A stretch of DNA of 64,000 nt. It comes from an uncultured delta proteobacterium (GTDB lineage Bacteria > Myxococcota_A > Polyangia > Polyangiales > Polyangiaceae). Both the position numbers and the translations under genes were made by a program. Under the pieces are notes generated by a model, which saw only the letters and a program-made list of their open reading frames with translations, did no database searches and was not told the origin of the DNA. Shown here in pieces: positions 1-9,368 of the stretch. Every line of letters begins with the position of its first letter. Positions within the stretch are counted from its first letter, which is position 1. The stretch is taken from assembly GCA_963841435.1 (NCBI GenBank), contig CAWJCS010000001.1, positions 358,597 through 422,596 of the forward strand, in the 5' to 3' direction.

Positions 1-181
1 CCGCTCCGCCCCGCCCTCCGGTCGGCGGCGGGGGCGCGTCATCGTCACCACCGCAGGCCGAGATGGACGAAAGCACCAGAACCGCGGGCAGAACCAGCCG
101 CCGGAGCACCGAAGTGGGCGACACCGCGGCCGCGGGAGCGTCCGGACCAGTTCGAGGCGAGGCGGGCGGTCGTGAGCGCAT
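1..181 (-). CDS. Lipoprotein, N-terminal part (runs off window edge)
   Basis: Manual translation from ATG at 181: MRSRPPASPRTGPDAPAAAVSPTSVLRRLVLPAVLVLSSISACGGDDDAPPPPTGGAG. Hydrophobic stretch, lipobox ISAC, and purine-rich RBS (GGAGAGAAGG) upstream. Not in the supplied ORF track. Confidence 0.7.
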   Translation of the reverse strand, partial: MRSRPPASPRTGPDAPAAAVSPTSVLRRLVLPAVLVLSSISACGGDDDAPPPPTGGRGGA

Positions 182-317
182 TAGGCCTTCTCTCCGTTGT
201 CGCGAGGGCGCGTGGGTGATCAGACCGAACGCCCTTTTCTCCTCATTCCCGCAAGAGCCGCCACTCAGCGGCTCCTGGGAGCTAAGCCGCTAATTTACCA
301 CGCCGCCTCCCCCGCGT

Positions 318-410
318 CCTTTCTCCCTTTTACCTTCACCCCATCCCACTTTCACCGCCCCCCCTTCACTTTCACCTCCCACCTTTCACTTTCACCTCCC
401 ACCTTCTTCC
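318..410. repeat. Pyrimidine-rich degenerate tandem repeat (TTCAC/TTTCACCTCCCACC units)
   Basis: Nearly G-free ~90 bp tract; TTCACTTTCACCTCCCACCT occurs twice in tandem. Confidence 0.7.
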
Positions 411-431
411 GGCAGCCCTCTCCGACGCCCC

Positions 432-2120
432 CTACGGCTCAGTCACGAACCCCACGCGCCACGCAATCCTGCTCTGAACGAGCACCTCCACCGGCGCTCC
501 CTCCCCGGCGCCTTCTGCCACGCCGAGATCGGTCGAGAGCTTGTCGTGGCGCAGGGCGTAGAGGCCGCCTGGTGCGGGGATGAGGGCGACGAGGTCACGG
601 TCGTCAACGCCTTCGTCCACCTGTTCGACCTGGAACTCCTTGGCTGCGTCGACGAAGGCGCTGCCGAGGAGCTTGCCGCTGTTCGCGTTCCGGAGCTTGA
701 AGGTGCCGCTACCGACGTATTCGGGGATCCAGACCTGGCTCTTGGCCCCGCTCGGCGCGCTCTGCACGATGCGGGCGCCGGCGTCGGTGCTCTCGCCTTC
801 CACGTCGAGGGCGAGGCCGGTCTCGTCGTTGATGAAGGTAAAGCTCCTGTTCAGGCCGGCAATTTGCGGCGCGGTGGCGTCGAGCTCGAGCACGGTGTCT
901 TTCGCCATCGCGAGCTGATCGTCGGCGGGGAATGACAACGGCTGCCACAGGTAGTCGTAGTTGCTGTCGGCAGTGTAGAGAAAGATCGACGCGCCGCCGT
1001 TCGGGATTTCGAGGACGGATGCCGGTGTGGATGGGGGCACGTCGGGTCCCCCGAAGTAAAAGTCCGTCCAGGGGCCTTCGATGCTACTGCTCGTCGCAAA
1101 TGCGGGAACGTTCGAGTCGCGCGCGGGGCGGATCGTGATCAGGAAGTAGACGCCGTTCCGCTTGAACAGCACGGGTGCTGTCTGGCCTTCCCCAGGAAAC
1201 AGGGTGGCGACGGGGTGATCGATGGCGAGGTAGTCGTCGGTCAGCTGGTAGATGTTGAGATCGGCGCCGGCGTTGCTGTTCGAGGCGAAGTAGGCCGTGC
1301 CGTCGTCGTCGACGAAGGCGCTGCCGTTGATTGACGTGTAGCCGGAGTCGCCGTCGCTCGGATCCCGGACGCCTTGGCCCTGGTACGGCCGGAAATCGCC
1401 CACGTACGTGTAGTCGCCGTCCGGCGTGTCGGACATGGCCACGCCCGCGTGCAGGAGCCTGACGGTGCCAGGGGATTCGTCCATCCACATCACGTACTTG
1501 CCCGTGGTGGCGTTGTAGATGACGTTCGGCCGCCTGAGGTCCTTGCTGACGGTGTCCGAGGTCGCTTCGGTGATGAGCACGTCGCGGCTGAATTCCCAGT
1601 GGCGCAGATCACGTGAGCGGTACGCCGAGACGTGATCGAAGACGGTGTCGCTCCGGCGCGACCCGAACCAGTAATACTCGTCACCCACGAGGATGATGTT
1701 GCCCTGGTTGCCGAGGATGGGCTGATCATCGACATCGAGCCACTTGAGCCCGTTGATGAGAAGCTCGCCCACGTTGACGTTCGGCGCGCCGCTCTCGCCG
1801 CCCGCCGCCGCCCCGCCGCTCTCCGTGCCTCCTTGCGCCGCGCCACCGCCGCCTCCGGTTGCGCCGCCTGTGCCTGCGTTGCCCGTGCCCCCGTTGCTCG
1901 AGCCGCCCGTCGCGCCGCCTGTCGCGCCCGAGCCGCCCGTCGCACCGCTACCGCCTCCGCCACCCGTTGCGCTCGCACCCGCCGAGCCTCCGGCGCTCGG
2001 CGGGCTTGCGCCGTCGCCGTCGCTTCCGCTCTTCCCGCACGCGACGAGGCCGAGCACCGCGCCGAGCGCCCACGGGGCTTTTCGCCCCGACCACCTGCGC
2101 ACTGATTGTGATCCCACCAA
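432..2120 (-). CDS. GH43-like glycoside hydrolase lipoprotein with C-terminal ricin/CBM13 domain
   Basis: Lipobox LVAC and Gly-rich linker. GH43_24-like motifs (W.D.D..PI..GG.I, YYWFG, YRSRDL..W, RP.VIYNATTGKYVMWM, GVA.SDTP.G.Y, FVDDDGTAY). Ricin repeats (GLALDV....GA.IVQ..SQVW). Confidence 0.85.
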   Translation of the reverse strand: MVGSQSVRRWSGRKAPWALGAVLGLVACGKSGSDGDGASPPSAGGSAGASATGGGGGSGATGGSGATGGATGGSSNGGTGNAGTGGATGGGGGAAQGGTESGGAAAGGESGAPNVNVGELLINGLKWLDVDDQPILGNQGNIILVGDEYYWFGSRRSDTVFDHVSAYRSRDLRHWEFSRDVLITEATSDTVSKDLRRPNVIYNATTGKYVMWMDESPGTVRLLHAGVAMSDTPDGDYTYVGDFRPYQGQGVRDPSDGDSGYTSINGSAFVDDDGTAYFASNSNAGADLNIYQLTDDYLAIDHPVATLFPGEGQTAPVLFKRNGVYFLITIRPARDSNVPAFATSSSIEGPWTDFYFGGPDVPPSTPASVLEIPNGGASIFLYTADSNYDYLWQPLSFPADDQLAMAKDTVLELDATAPQIAGLNRSFTFINDETGLALDVEGESTDAGARIVQSAPSGAKSQVWIPEYVGSGTFKLRNANSGKLLGSAFVDAAKEFQVEQVDEGVDDRDLVALIPAPGGLYALRHDKLSTDLGVAEGAGEGAPVEVLVQSRIAWRVGFVTEP

Positions 2121-2270
2121 CGCACTCCTTTCAGGTGCGGGACGAAACGGAGCGTAGCGCAGACCGAGCCCGCAGGCTTCCTCCCTCGACGGCGCGGCGG
2201 CGGCTGTGCGCTCGGGAAGTGGTCGCGAACGTTCGCGAACAGCGGCGGGCGCGCTCGCGCGCTTGGGCGT

Positions 2271-2879
2271 TTGCGAAATCGCCGCGCATTTTGCTCACGT
2301 GCGCCGCGTGGGAGGCCCGCCGCGCCCCCGAACCCAATGGGCACGGCTCGTGCTTTGCACCCGCTTGCAGGGTGGCGGCTGAGCGTCGAGGGGTTCGACG
2401 CGTTGCAGTCGTCATCCTCGCGCCGGCGGAGCTTTTCGCCGGCTCGTCATCAGGAGGATCAGACTCGGAACAATCGGTTTCGCATCTCGGGGACCAACTT
2501 CTGCCTCAACGTGCCCAACGCGGTGGCCGTCAACGGTCAGCGCCTCCAACTTTTCAATTGCGGAACGCCCGCCTTCGACAACGAGTTGTTCGACGTGACG
2601 AGCCGCGGAGAGATCAAGACCCTGCCGAGCCCCTCGGCGCTCTGCATGTCCGGACAGAACGACAACGTCTCGAACTTCAACCCGGTCGTGTCGGCCAACT
2701 GCGGCGGCTCGACTGCTGCAAGGCGGCAGCAATTTTACGTGCGAGGTCCCATCAAATGGGCCGGCGACAACAACAAGTGCATGGACGTGGCCAACGCGGT
2801 CTCGTTCAACGGCGCACCCGTCCAGCTTCACACTTGCGTCGCTGGGGCGCAGAACGAGCTTTGGGACTACTACTTCTGA
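2271..2879 (+). CDS. Ricin-type beta-trefoil lectin protein (5' end uncertain, probably truncated or frameshifted)
   Basis: Ricin repeats FCLNV..NG..LQLFNC, NKCMDVAN..NGAPVQLHTC...QNELW. Sequence before ~2460 does not look like the same protein. Confidence 0.65.
   Translation: MRNRRAFCSRAPRGRPAAPPNPMGTARALHPLAGWRLSVEGFDALQSSSSRRRSFSPARHQEDQTRNNRFRISGTNFCLNVPNAVAVNGQRLQLFNCGTPAFDNELFDVTSRGEIKTLPSPSALCMSGQNDNVSNFNPVVSANCGGSTAARRQQFYVRGPIKWAGDNNKCMDVANAVSFNGAPVQLHTCVAGAQNELWDYYF
2339..2354 (+). promoter_or_regulatory. Candidate sigma54 -24/-12 promoter
   Basis: GGGCACG-GCTC-GTGCT; GG and GC are separated by exactly 10 nt; lies upstream of the ricin-domain ORF. Confidence 0.5.
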
Positions 2880-2890
2880 GAGAAGGTCTG

Positions 2891-2920
2891 ACGCCGGGGG
2901 AGCCACGGCTCCCCCGGCGT
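2891..2920. terminator. Strong GC hairpin between convergent genes
   Basis: ACGCCGGGGGAGC-CACG-GCTCCCCCGGCGT, 13-bp perfect stem; no long U tract. Confidence 0.6.
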
Positions 2921-2963
2921 TCCCAGGCTGCTCACCCCGCGCCCATCCGGAGGCAACCCGTCT

Positions 2964-4451
2964 TCAGCCGCCCTCGCCCGCCTCGATGCGCAGTTTCACG
3001 ACAAGACGGTAGAGGGCGTAGCGGCTCGATAGGCCGAGCGCCTTTGCGGCAGCGGCGATGCTGCCGTTCGCGGTGCGAAGGGCCTCACGAATGTCGTCTT
3101 CGCTGGGCTCCCGGTTGCGAGCGCGTGGCTGTGGCGCCACGGCGTTGCCTTTGGTGGCCGCACCGTTCGGCTCGGTCGCGAACAACGACGGCGCGAACGT
3201 GATGGTGTTGCCGGCGCTGGCTGCCATCGCCTTCCAGAGCAGCGCGTCGAGAGCACGGACGTTCAGAGGGAAGTCGGCGTGCAAGAGGGCTTCGACGAGC
3301 CTCGCGTCCATTCTGACGTCGTCGAGCCCATCGCGACGCTCGACGAATCGCGCGACGAGCTCGGGGCTGGCCTGCGCGGCGCGCACGACCAGGTGGCGAG
3401 CGAGTAGCGGGATGTCCAGGCGGCGCTCCGAGAGGGGCGGGACCTCGACCTTGACGGCCAGCCGCGCGAGAAAATCGGGGCGCAGTGCGGTCGGGTCGCG
3501 GTTCGTGGCGGCAAGCAGACGAAAGTCCGAACGCCTGAGCGTGGCTTCGCCGAGTCGCTGATATTCACCGCCCGAGTCGAGCACTCTGAGGAGGTGCGAC
3601 TGGAGCTCGTGCGGAAGCTCGCCAATCTCGTCGAGAAAGAGCGTGCCACCGTCGGCCTGGCCGATGATGCCGAGTCGCTCGGCCATGCCCGGGTTCGGGT
3701 AGTTCTTCAGGTTCCCGAACAGCTCGGCGTCCACCAGGCCGGAAGGGAGCGTCGCGGCGTTTCTCGCGACGAACGGGCGCTCCGCGCGGGACGACGAGCC
3801 GCGGATGGCGAGCGCGGCGAGCTCCTTGCCGGTCCCGCTGTCGCCGACGATCAGAACGTGCCGCTCGGACTTCGCGGCGAACGCGAGCTCCTCGCGCAAG
3901 CGCCAGACCGCGAGCGACTCCCCGAGGATGCCGAACGTGTCGGCGCCGGCGAATTTGGGGCAATTTGCGGGGTCGAAGTAGCGCAGGGGCGGCGGACAGG
4001 CGGGGCGCCGCATGCAATAGAGCACGAGCTCCTGCCCGAGCGCGAGCGAGTCGCCGGGCTCCAGCGTGCCCGTCTCACACTCCGCACCGTTGATGCGCAT
4101 GGTGCAACGACCCACGCGCCGCACCTCGAGCGCGCCGCCGCGCGGCACGATCTCGATCTGGCGGCGCGACAGTCCCGGTGCCGCGAGCGGCAACGTCGGC
4201 TCGAGTCGACCAGGACGCGGACGCGAGAACCGTAGGCGCGGTTCGTCGTCACTCGAACCGCGACCGAGCACCAACCGGGGGCCTTCGGGCGGTAACACCG
4301 CGATCTCGCCAGCACGCATCGGTTCCTGACGACACCACGCGACGACGAGCACGGTGACGACGGGTTCGGAAAGCTCCTTCGACACGTGGTCGTCGTCGAG
4401 CGGGCTCACCGTCGTGTCTTCCGGCGTCGAAGGGGACTCTGGGCCGGCCAT
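2964..4451 (-). CDS. FHA-like domain sigma54-type AAA+ transcriptional regulator (Fis HTH)
   Basis: LGR..SRR..NG..LEPGD FHA-like N-terminus. Walker A GDSGTGKE, Walker B LFLDEIGEL, QSHLLRVL, AATNRD, PLSERRLDIP, FPLNVRAL. C-terminal HTH. Start taken at MAGPES (4451). Confidence 0.9.
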   Translation of the reverse strand: MAGPESPSTPEDTTVSPLDDDHVSKELSEPVVTVLVVAWCRQEPMRAGEIAVLPPEGPRLVLGRGSSDDEPRLRFSRPRPGRLEPTLPLAAPGLSRRQIEIVPRGGALEVRRVGRCTMRINGAECETGTLEPGDSLALGQELVLYCMRRPACPPPLRYFDPANCPKFAGADTFGILGESLAVWRLREELAFAAKSERHVLIVGDSGTGKELAALAIRGSSSRAERPFVARNAATLPSGLVDAELFGNLKNYPNPGMAERLGIIGQADGGTLFLDEIGELPHELQSHLLRVLDSGGEYQRLGEATLRRSDFRLLAATNRDPTALRPDFLARLAVKVEVPPLSERRLDIPLLARHLVVRAAQASPELVARFVERRDGLDDVRMDARLVEALLHADFPLNVRALDALLWKAMAASAGNTITFAPSLFATEPNGAATKGNAVAPQPRARNREPSEDDIREALRTANGSIAAAAKALGLSSRYALYRLVVKLRIEAGEGG

Positions 4452-4590
4452 CGCGCGCAGTCTTGCAGGTCGAATGGCGGCGCACCACCGGCTGAAAAAC
4501 CAGCGCGTTCGGTGAAGGGCGCGGGACGCGCCGACCGCGGTGAGCGCGGGCCGCTGGACGCGACGAGCAGCGTGGTAAGCTCCGCCCGCG

Positions 4591-6043
4591 GTGCACGGAC
4601 AGCAGGGAGATATCGCCGATTTTGCGGGCGTGGGGACGACGCTCGCGGGAAAATACAGACTCGACCGCGTGATCGGGGTCGGAGGCATGGGGGTCGTCGT
4701 CGCTGCGGAGCACCTCGGGCTCGGTGCGCGCGTCGCGATCAAGTTTCTCCTGCCGAGGCTCCCGCAGCGCGAGCGGGACGTGGCGCGGTTCCTCAGCGAA
4801 GGCCGCGCCATGAACCGGATCGACAACCCTCACGTCGTCCGGGTGCTGGACGTCGATCGCCGACCCGACGGCGTGCCCTACCTGGTGATGGATTTTCTCG
4901 AGGGTGAGACGCTCGCTGAGCTCTTGCGGCGGCGGGAACGGCTCGAGGTCGCCGAGGCCGTCAACATCGTGCTCGAGGCAGCCGAGGCGGTCGCGGCCGC
5001 CCATGCGGCCGGCATCGTGCATCGAGACCTCAAGCCGGCGAATCTCTTCCTCTCGCGCTCCGGCGGGCGGGACCCGACCGTCAAAGTGCTCGACTTCGGC
5101 ATCGCGAAGAGCCTCGGCGTCAACGAACAGTCCTCGGCGACCACGACTGGCCAAGGCTTCGTGGGGTCACCACCTTACATGTCGCCTGAACAGCTGACCG
5201 ATCCTGGGCAGGTGGACTACCGCACGGACGTTCTGGTCGCTCGGCGTGGTGCTCCACGAGTGCCTGGCGGGTGCTTCGCCATTCGCCGCATCGACGCCCG
5301 CCAAGACGTGCGCCCGGATCCTCCAGGACGTCGCCGTGCCACTCCGGGCGTTCCGGCCGGAGGTCCCGGAGCAGCTCGAGCGCGCCGTCAGTCGTTGCCT
5401 CGCGAAGCGAAGGGAGGAGCGCTTCCCCGCATTGCACGACCTGGCACGGAAGATTGCCGAATTCGGAACGTCGCGAGCTCGACATGCCTTGGGCGTGGTG
5501 GAGCTCACCCGGGCGCCCGCTGCCACCGCCGTGACGAGTCTGACGACCGAGGAGCGGTGGACCTCGCCCGGCATCGAAGAAACGACAGAGACGGCACTGG
5601 CGACAGCGCGGCCTCGCACCGAGCCGCCGGGTCGGACGATGGCTCGCCGCGTCGCAGCGCTGCTGATCGCCGTCGTGGCGGCAGCCGGAGCCGTTCGCCT
5701 GCTGCTCGAGCATGAGTCTGCCGAGCCGGTTTCGCCGTCGACCGTGCGAATCGCGCCCATCCCGTCGCCGGCTGACCATGCCGTCCGTGCGTCCGCGAAT
5801 CGCGGCCGAGAGGCTGCCGCGTTCGACGCCGCGCCGTCCCGAGTCGTCGATCCGTCGCTCCCACGCGAATCGGCGCAAAGAGAAGCGCCAAAGCGCGCTC
5901 CGACCGCGGCGTCCGCACCGCGCTCGGCTGCGGAGCGCCTGTGGCCGAGCCAGCCGGCCCTCCCCGCTCCGCGACCAGACCCACGGCCGGCAGCGACTCG
6001 AAATGACGCCGACGACGAGGCGGTCTACGTCGAACGCCAATGA
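4591..6043 (+). CDS. Membrane Ser/Thr protein kinase (one +1 frameshift at ~5231)
   Basis: IGVGGMGVV, VAIK, HRDLKPAN, DFG, GSPPYMSPEQ. Removing one T at 5231-5232 restores DVWSLGVVLHE and joins ORF 5246..6043 (TM helix plus Pro-rich tail). Confidence 0.88.
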
Positions 6044-7077
6044 CGCGCGGCCTCTTCGTTTGCGCCGCACCGGCGCTGGCCCTCGTGATCGCGCTGAGAG
6101 CGCTGCCTTGTCGCGCGGAGGAGATCGATAGCGCGGCAGCCCAGGCCGAGAGGCTCTTTCAGCAGGGGCGAAAGCTCATGGACGAAGGCAGGCCCAGAGA
6201 CGCATGCCCCAAGTTCGCCGAGAGCGACCACCTCGATCCGGCCGCCGGCACCATCATCAACCTGGCTCGGTGTTACGCAAGGCTCGGACGCACGGCAAGC
6301 GCTTGGACCGCTTATCGAGAAGCCGCCGAGCGCGCGGCCGCCAAGGGACAGGAAAAGCGCGAGGCCGTAGCACGGAGCGAAGCCGCCGAGCTCGAGCCGC
6401 GGCTGCCGAAGCTTCGCATCGTCGTCGACGAGCCACCGAGCGGCACGCTGCTGGAAGTCAGCGTTGACGGAGAACGTTGGGTGAGCGACGCCTGGAACGT
6501 CCCAACACCGATTGACCCCGGGTCTCACGCTCTCGTCGTGAGCGCCGCCGGGTTTGCGCCCTGGTCGACGACGGTTTTCTCCGCCCAAGCGACTACCCTG
6601 GAGGTCGTCGTGCCCCGGCTGGTCGAGCTTTCGAGACCGCAGCCGCAGCCCGTCGTTCCGCCAGCCCCGCCGGCTCGGCGGCCCGAGCCCTCGGTCGCGG
6701 GTCCGCATGCTCGAACCGCAACCACCAGCGCGGGCCGGACACAGCGAGTGATCGGCGTCGTGGTGGGGGGCATCGGCGTTGCCGGGCTCGGCGTCGCGGC
6801 CGCCTTCGCGCTCAATGCCCGGAGCTTGAACGACCGCTCGCTCGAAGATCATCATTGCGATGCGACGGGCTGTGACCCGTACGGGCTCGCGCTGAACCAA
6901 GACGCTCAGCGGGCGGGGGACGTCGCCACCCTGCTGACGCTTTCCTCGAGCGCCATGCTCTTGGGTGGAGTCGGGCTTTACGTTTGGGGCGCGGCGAGCG
7001 AGCGACCACGAGACACGCTTTCGTTCGTGCCGGCCTCGGATGGAGGCGCCGAGCTGCGATGGGCGCGGGCGTTCTAG
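6040..7077 (+). CDS. TPR + PEGA-like domain envelope protein
   Basis: Signal peptide; AERLFQQGR..ACPKFAES..LDPAAGT..NLARCY TPR; PIDPGSHALVVSAAG PEGA-like; hydrophobic hairpin; C-terminal Phe. ATGA overlap with the kinase stop. Confidence 0.8.
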   Translation: MTRGLFVCAAPALALVIALRALPCRAEEIDSAAAQAERLFQQGRKLMDEGRPRDACPKFAESDHLDPAAGTIINLARCYARLGRTASAWTAYREAAERAAAKGQEKREAVARSEAAELEPRLPKLRIVVDEPPSGTLLEVSVDGERWVSDAWNVPTPIDPGSHALVVSAAGFAPWSTTVFSAQATTLEVVVPRLVELSRPQPQPVVPPAPPARRPEPSVAGPHARTATTSAGRTQRVIGVVVGGIGVAGLGVAAAFALNARSLNDRSLEDHHCDATGCDPYGLALNQDAQRAGDVATLLTLSSSAMLLGGVGLYVWGAASERPRDTLSFVPASDGGAELRWARAF

Positions 7078-8393
7078 GTCACTGCCTGCGTCGGGGCGCC
7101 GGGTTTCTCGTCCTCGGCCTCGCCTTCACCGGCGGCTATGGCTGCAACGACGTGCTCGGGATCGACGACTACGGTCCCAGAGTCGAAGGTGCCGTCACCT
7201 ATTGCAGTGGTCAGGGGGCTTGTCCGAACACGGCAGACGGTACACCCAGGACCTGCGTCTTTGCCTCGAGCCTGGGCGGGCGAGACTTCTGCGCCGAGGC
7301 GTGCGATCCGAGCACCGGCTCGCAAGACCCCTCGCATTTTGCTTGCCTGGGGACCGGCGCCCTCGTTCCCGTGTGCGACCCTGCGGCTCCCGACCCGTGT
7401 CCGGAAGGATTTTCGTGCTTCCGCACGGATCTCTCCCGCCTTCCTCAGGGCACGTACTACGCGGCACAAGACCTCGGGCTGTGCCTCGCCGTGCCCGTCT
7501 GCACGAACCATGCGGACTGTTCCGACGAGCCCTCCCGGGACCTCTGTGCCGGTGCCATCCTCAGAGACCAGTATCCCGGCGTCGAGACCATCCTCGCCAC
7601 CGATCACCTGCAGTGCGTCGCAGCCTGCGACGGCCCCTCGCGCACCTGCCCAGAGGGTGAGTCGTGTCTCGGCGCGCTCCTCCGCGACTTGCCGGACATC
7701 TGCGTGCCCAACTGCGACGTGACGCCGTGTCCGCCGGACTACTTCTGCCTGCGTAGCGCGGGGCCAGCGTACCCCGCGATTTGCACGCCAGGGCTACCGG
7801 GGTTTCGCTGTGAGCACCCCGAAGATTGCATGCTCGGTGAGTGCGCCGACACGGGCGCTGGCTTCAGCCTGTGCACGATCTCGTGTGAGTCGAACGCGAC
7901 CTGCCAGCTACTGAACGGCTTCCGCGACCCCTCCTTGTGCGTTCGAGGGCACTGCGTGACGAAAGCGACGTTTGCGGGTGCCCTCTGCCGTGCGGCCCAG
8001 GACTGCCCGAGCGACCTCGCCGACGACGAGGGCAACGTCGTGACGGGTCAGCTGTGCTCCGACTACGATCCGTACCACCCCGACGTTCCGCGCAATGCCT
8101 CGGACCTCGAGTGCCACCGTCCTTGCAACGATCGGTGCCCAGGCCTCGGCGGGATGCCCTACGTGTGCCTGCCGAACGGCGAGTGCTACCCAGCGGACAT
8201 GGGGCTCCCTTGCCGGCCGGGCGACACCTGCATGGGGGACCTGAGCTGCCTCTGCATCGACAACTGCGACGCGACGGACGCGGAGCAGGTAACGACGTGC
8301 ACGAAAGCGTGCGAGGCCGACTCCGACTGCCAGGGATACTCGGTGAACCCCAAGTCTTGCGTTGACGGTTTCTGTCGTTTGAACCCGCCGTAG
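7059..8393 (+). CDS. Cys-rich lipoprotein
   Basis: Lipobox-like GYGC-NDVLGI; dozens of Cys in EGF/Dickkopf-like spacings; overlaps the upstream gene end. Confidence 0.75.
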   Translation: MGAGVLGHCLRRGAGFLVLGLAFTGGYGCNDVLGIDDYGPRVEGAVTYCSGQGACPNTADGTPRTCVFASSLGGRDFCAEACDPSTGSQDPSHFACLGTGALVPVCDPAAPDPCPEGFSCFRTDLSRLPQGTYYAAQDLGLCLAVPVCTNHADCSDEPSRDLCAGAILRDQYPGVETILATDHLQCVAACDGPSRTCPEGESCLGALLRDLPDICVPNCDVTPCPPDYFCLRSAGPAYPAICTPGLPGFRCEHPEDCMLGECADTGAGFSLCTISCESNATCQLLNGFRDPSLCVRGHCVTKATFAGALCRAAQDCPSDLADDEGNVVTGQLCSDYDPYHPDVPRNASDLECHRPCNDRCPGLGGMPYVCLPNGECYPADMGLPCRPGDTCMGDLSCLCIDNCDATDAEQVTTCTKACEADSDCQGYSVNPKSCVDGFCRLNPP

Positions 8394-8403
8394 CGGCTGC
8401 ACG

Positions 8404-8745
8404 TCACCCGCTCTCGAGCTTCTGCTTCAGCAACGCGAGCTGCTCGGGGATCACCTTCTTCGAGTTTCGGCGCACGAAGCCGGCGAGCAGCTTGAAGAGT
8501 CCCTGTCCCTCGAGCTCGAACTCCATGGTGACGCGCGAACGTGAGCCGCCGTCGAGGGGATAGACCAGCAGCGTGATGCGCGTCCGGAACGGGCCACCGA
8601 CGCTACGGGCCGAAAGACGGTGCGGCGGCTCGTGCTCGAAGACTTCGCTCGTGAGCTCGCGCACGCCGCCGGGGACCCTCCGCCGCTGGATGTTGCGCGT
8701 GCCGACGCGCGTGGGGCCGCTCGGGCACGCCGACCCGGCTCGTCA
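8404..8745 (-). pseudogene. SRPBCC/polyketide cyclase-like protein, N-terminally truncated
   Basis: SGPTRVGTR...ELTSEVFEHEPPHRL....GPF...L.PLDGGSRSRVT..ELEG...L..LKQKLE is typical of the SRPBCC C-terminal two-thirds; in-frame TGA just upstream. Confidence 0.55.
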
Positions 8746-8795
8746 CGGTGCTCCGGAGCATGCCGACTGCCTTCGCTGTGCGGTAACCTCGGGGG

Positions 8796-9368
8796 ATGCT
8801 GGCACCGTTCGACGACGGCCCCCGCGAGGTCTCGCTCGCCCGGCGTACGGCCGCCGGGGAGGCCGACGCCGAGGCCGAGCTTTGCCGTCTCTTCGCGCCG
8901 CGCATTCGGGTCTGGGGCCTGCGCCACCTCGGTAACGCCCAGCTCGCGCACGATCTCGTTCAGGACGTTCTGGTGATCGTGCTCGAGGCCTTGCGGGCCG
9001 GGCGCGTCGAGGATCCGGAGCGCATCACGGGGTTCGTGCTCGGCACTTGCCGTCGCGTGGTCGAGGACCGCGCGCGGACGGAACGGCGGCGCCGCGCGCT
9101 GCTCGAGCGCTTTCCCTCCGAGGCCCCGAGCGAGCCGCCGTGCGCGGGAGCCGACGTGGAACGGATGCTCGGCTGTCTGCGCGCGCTCTCGGGCAGGGCG
9201 CGCCAGGTCGTCACGATGACCTATTTCGAGGAGCAAGCGGCGCCCGACATCGCTCGGTCGCTCGGGACCTCCGCCGGCAACGTGCGGCTGCTGCGGCACC
9301 GCGCGCTCGTCACGTTGCGAGATTGTGTGCAAGGCAAGCGCGCGCGCGGCGCGGGAGGGGCGCGATGA
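8796..9368 (+). CDS. ECF RNA polymerase sigma factor
   Basis: Region 2 AHDLVQDVLV; region 4 L..LSGRARQVV...Y.E.....IARSLGTSAGNVRLLRHRAL..LR. Confidence 0.88.
   Translation: MLAPFDDGPREVSLARRTAAGEADAEAELCRLFAPRIRVWGLRHLGNAQLAHDLVQDVLVIVLEALRAGRVEDPERITGFVLGTCRRVVEDRARTERRRRALLERFPSEAPSEPPCAGADVERMLGCLRALSGRARQVVTMTYFEEQAAPDIARSLGTSAGNVRLLRHRALVTLRDCVQGKRARGAGGAR

Noticed and set aside
240-300. CCCGCAA...GCCACT...GGGA resembling a cobalamin riboswitch
   Set aside because: Wrong strand for the downstream gene and no B12 box; explained by a simple hairpin.
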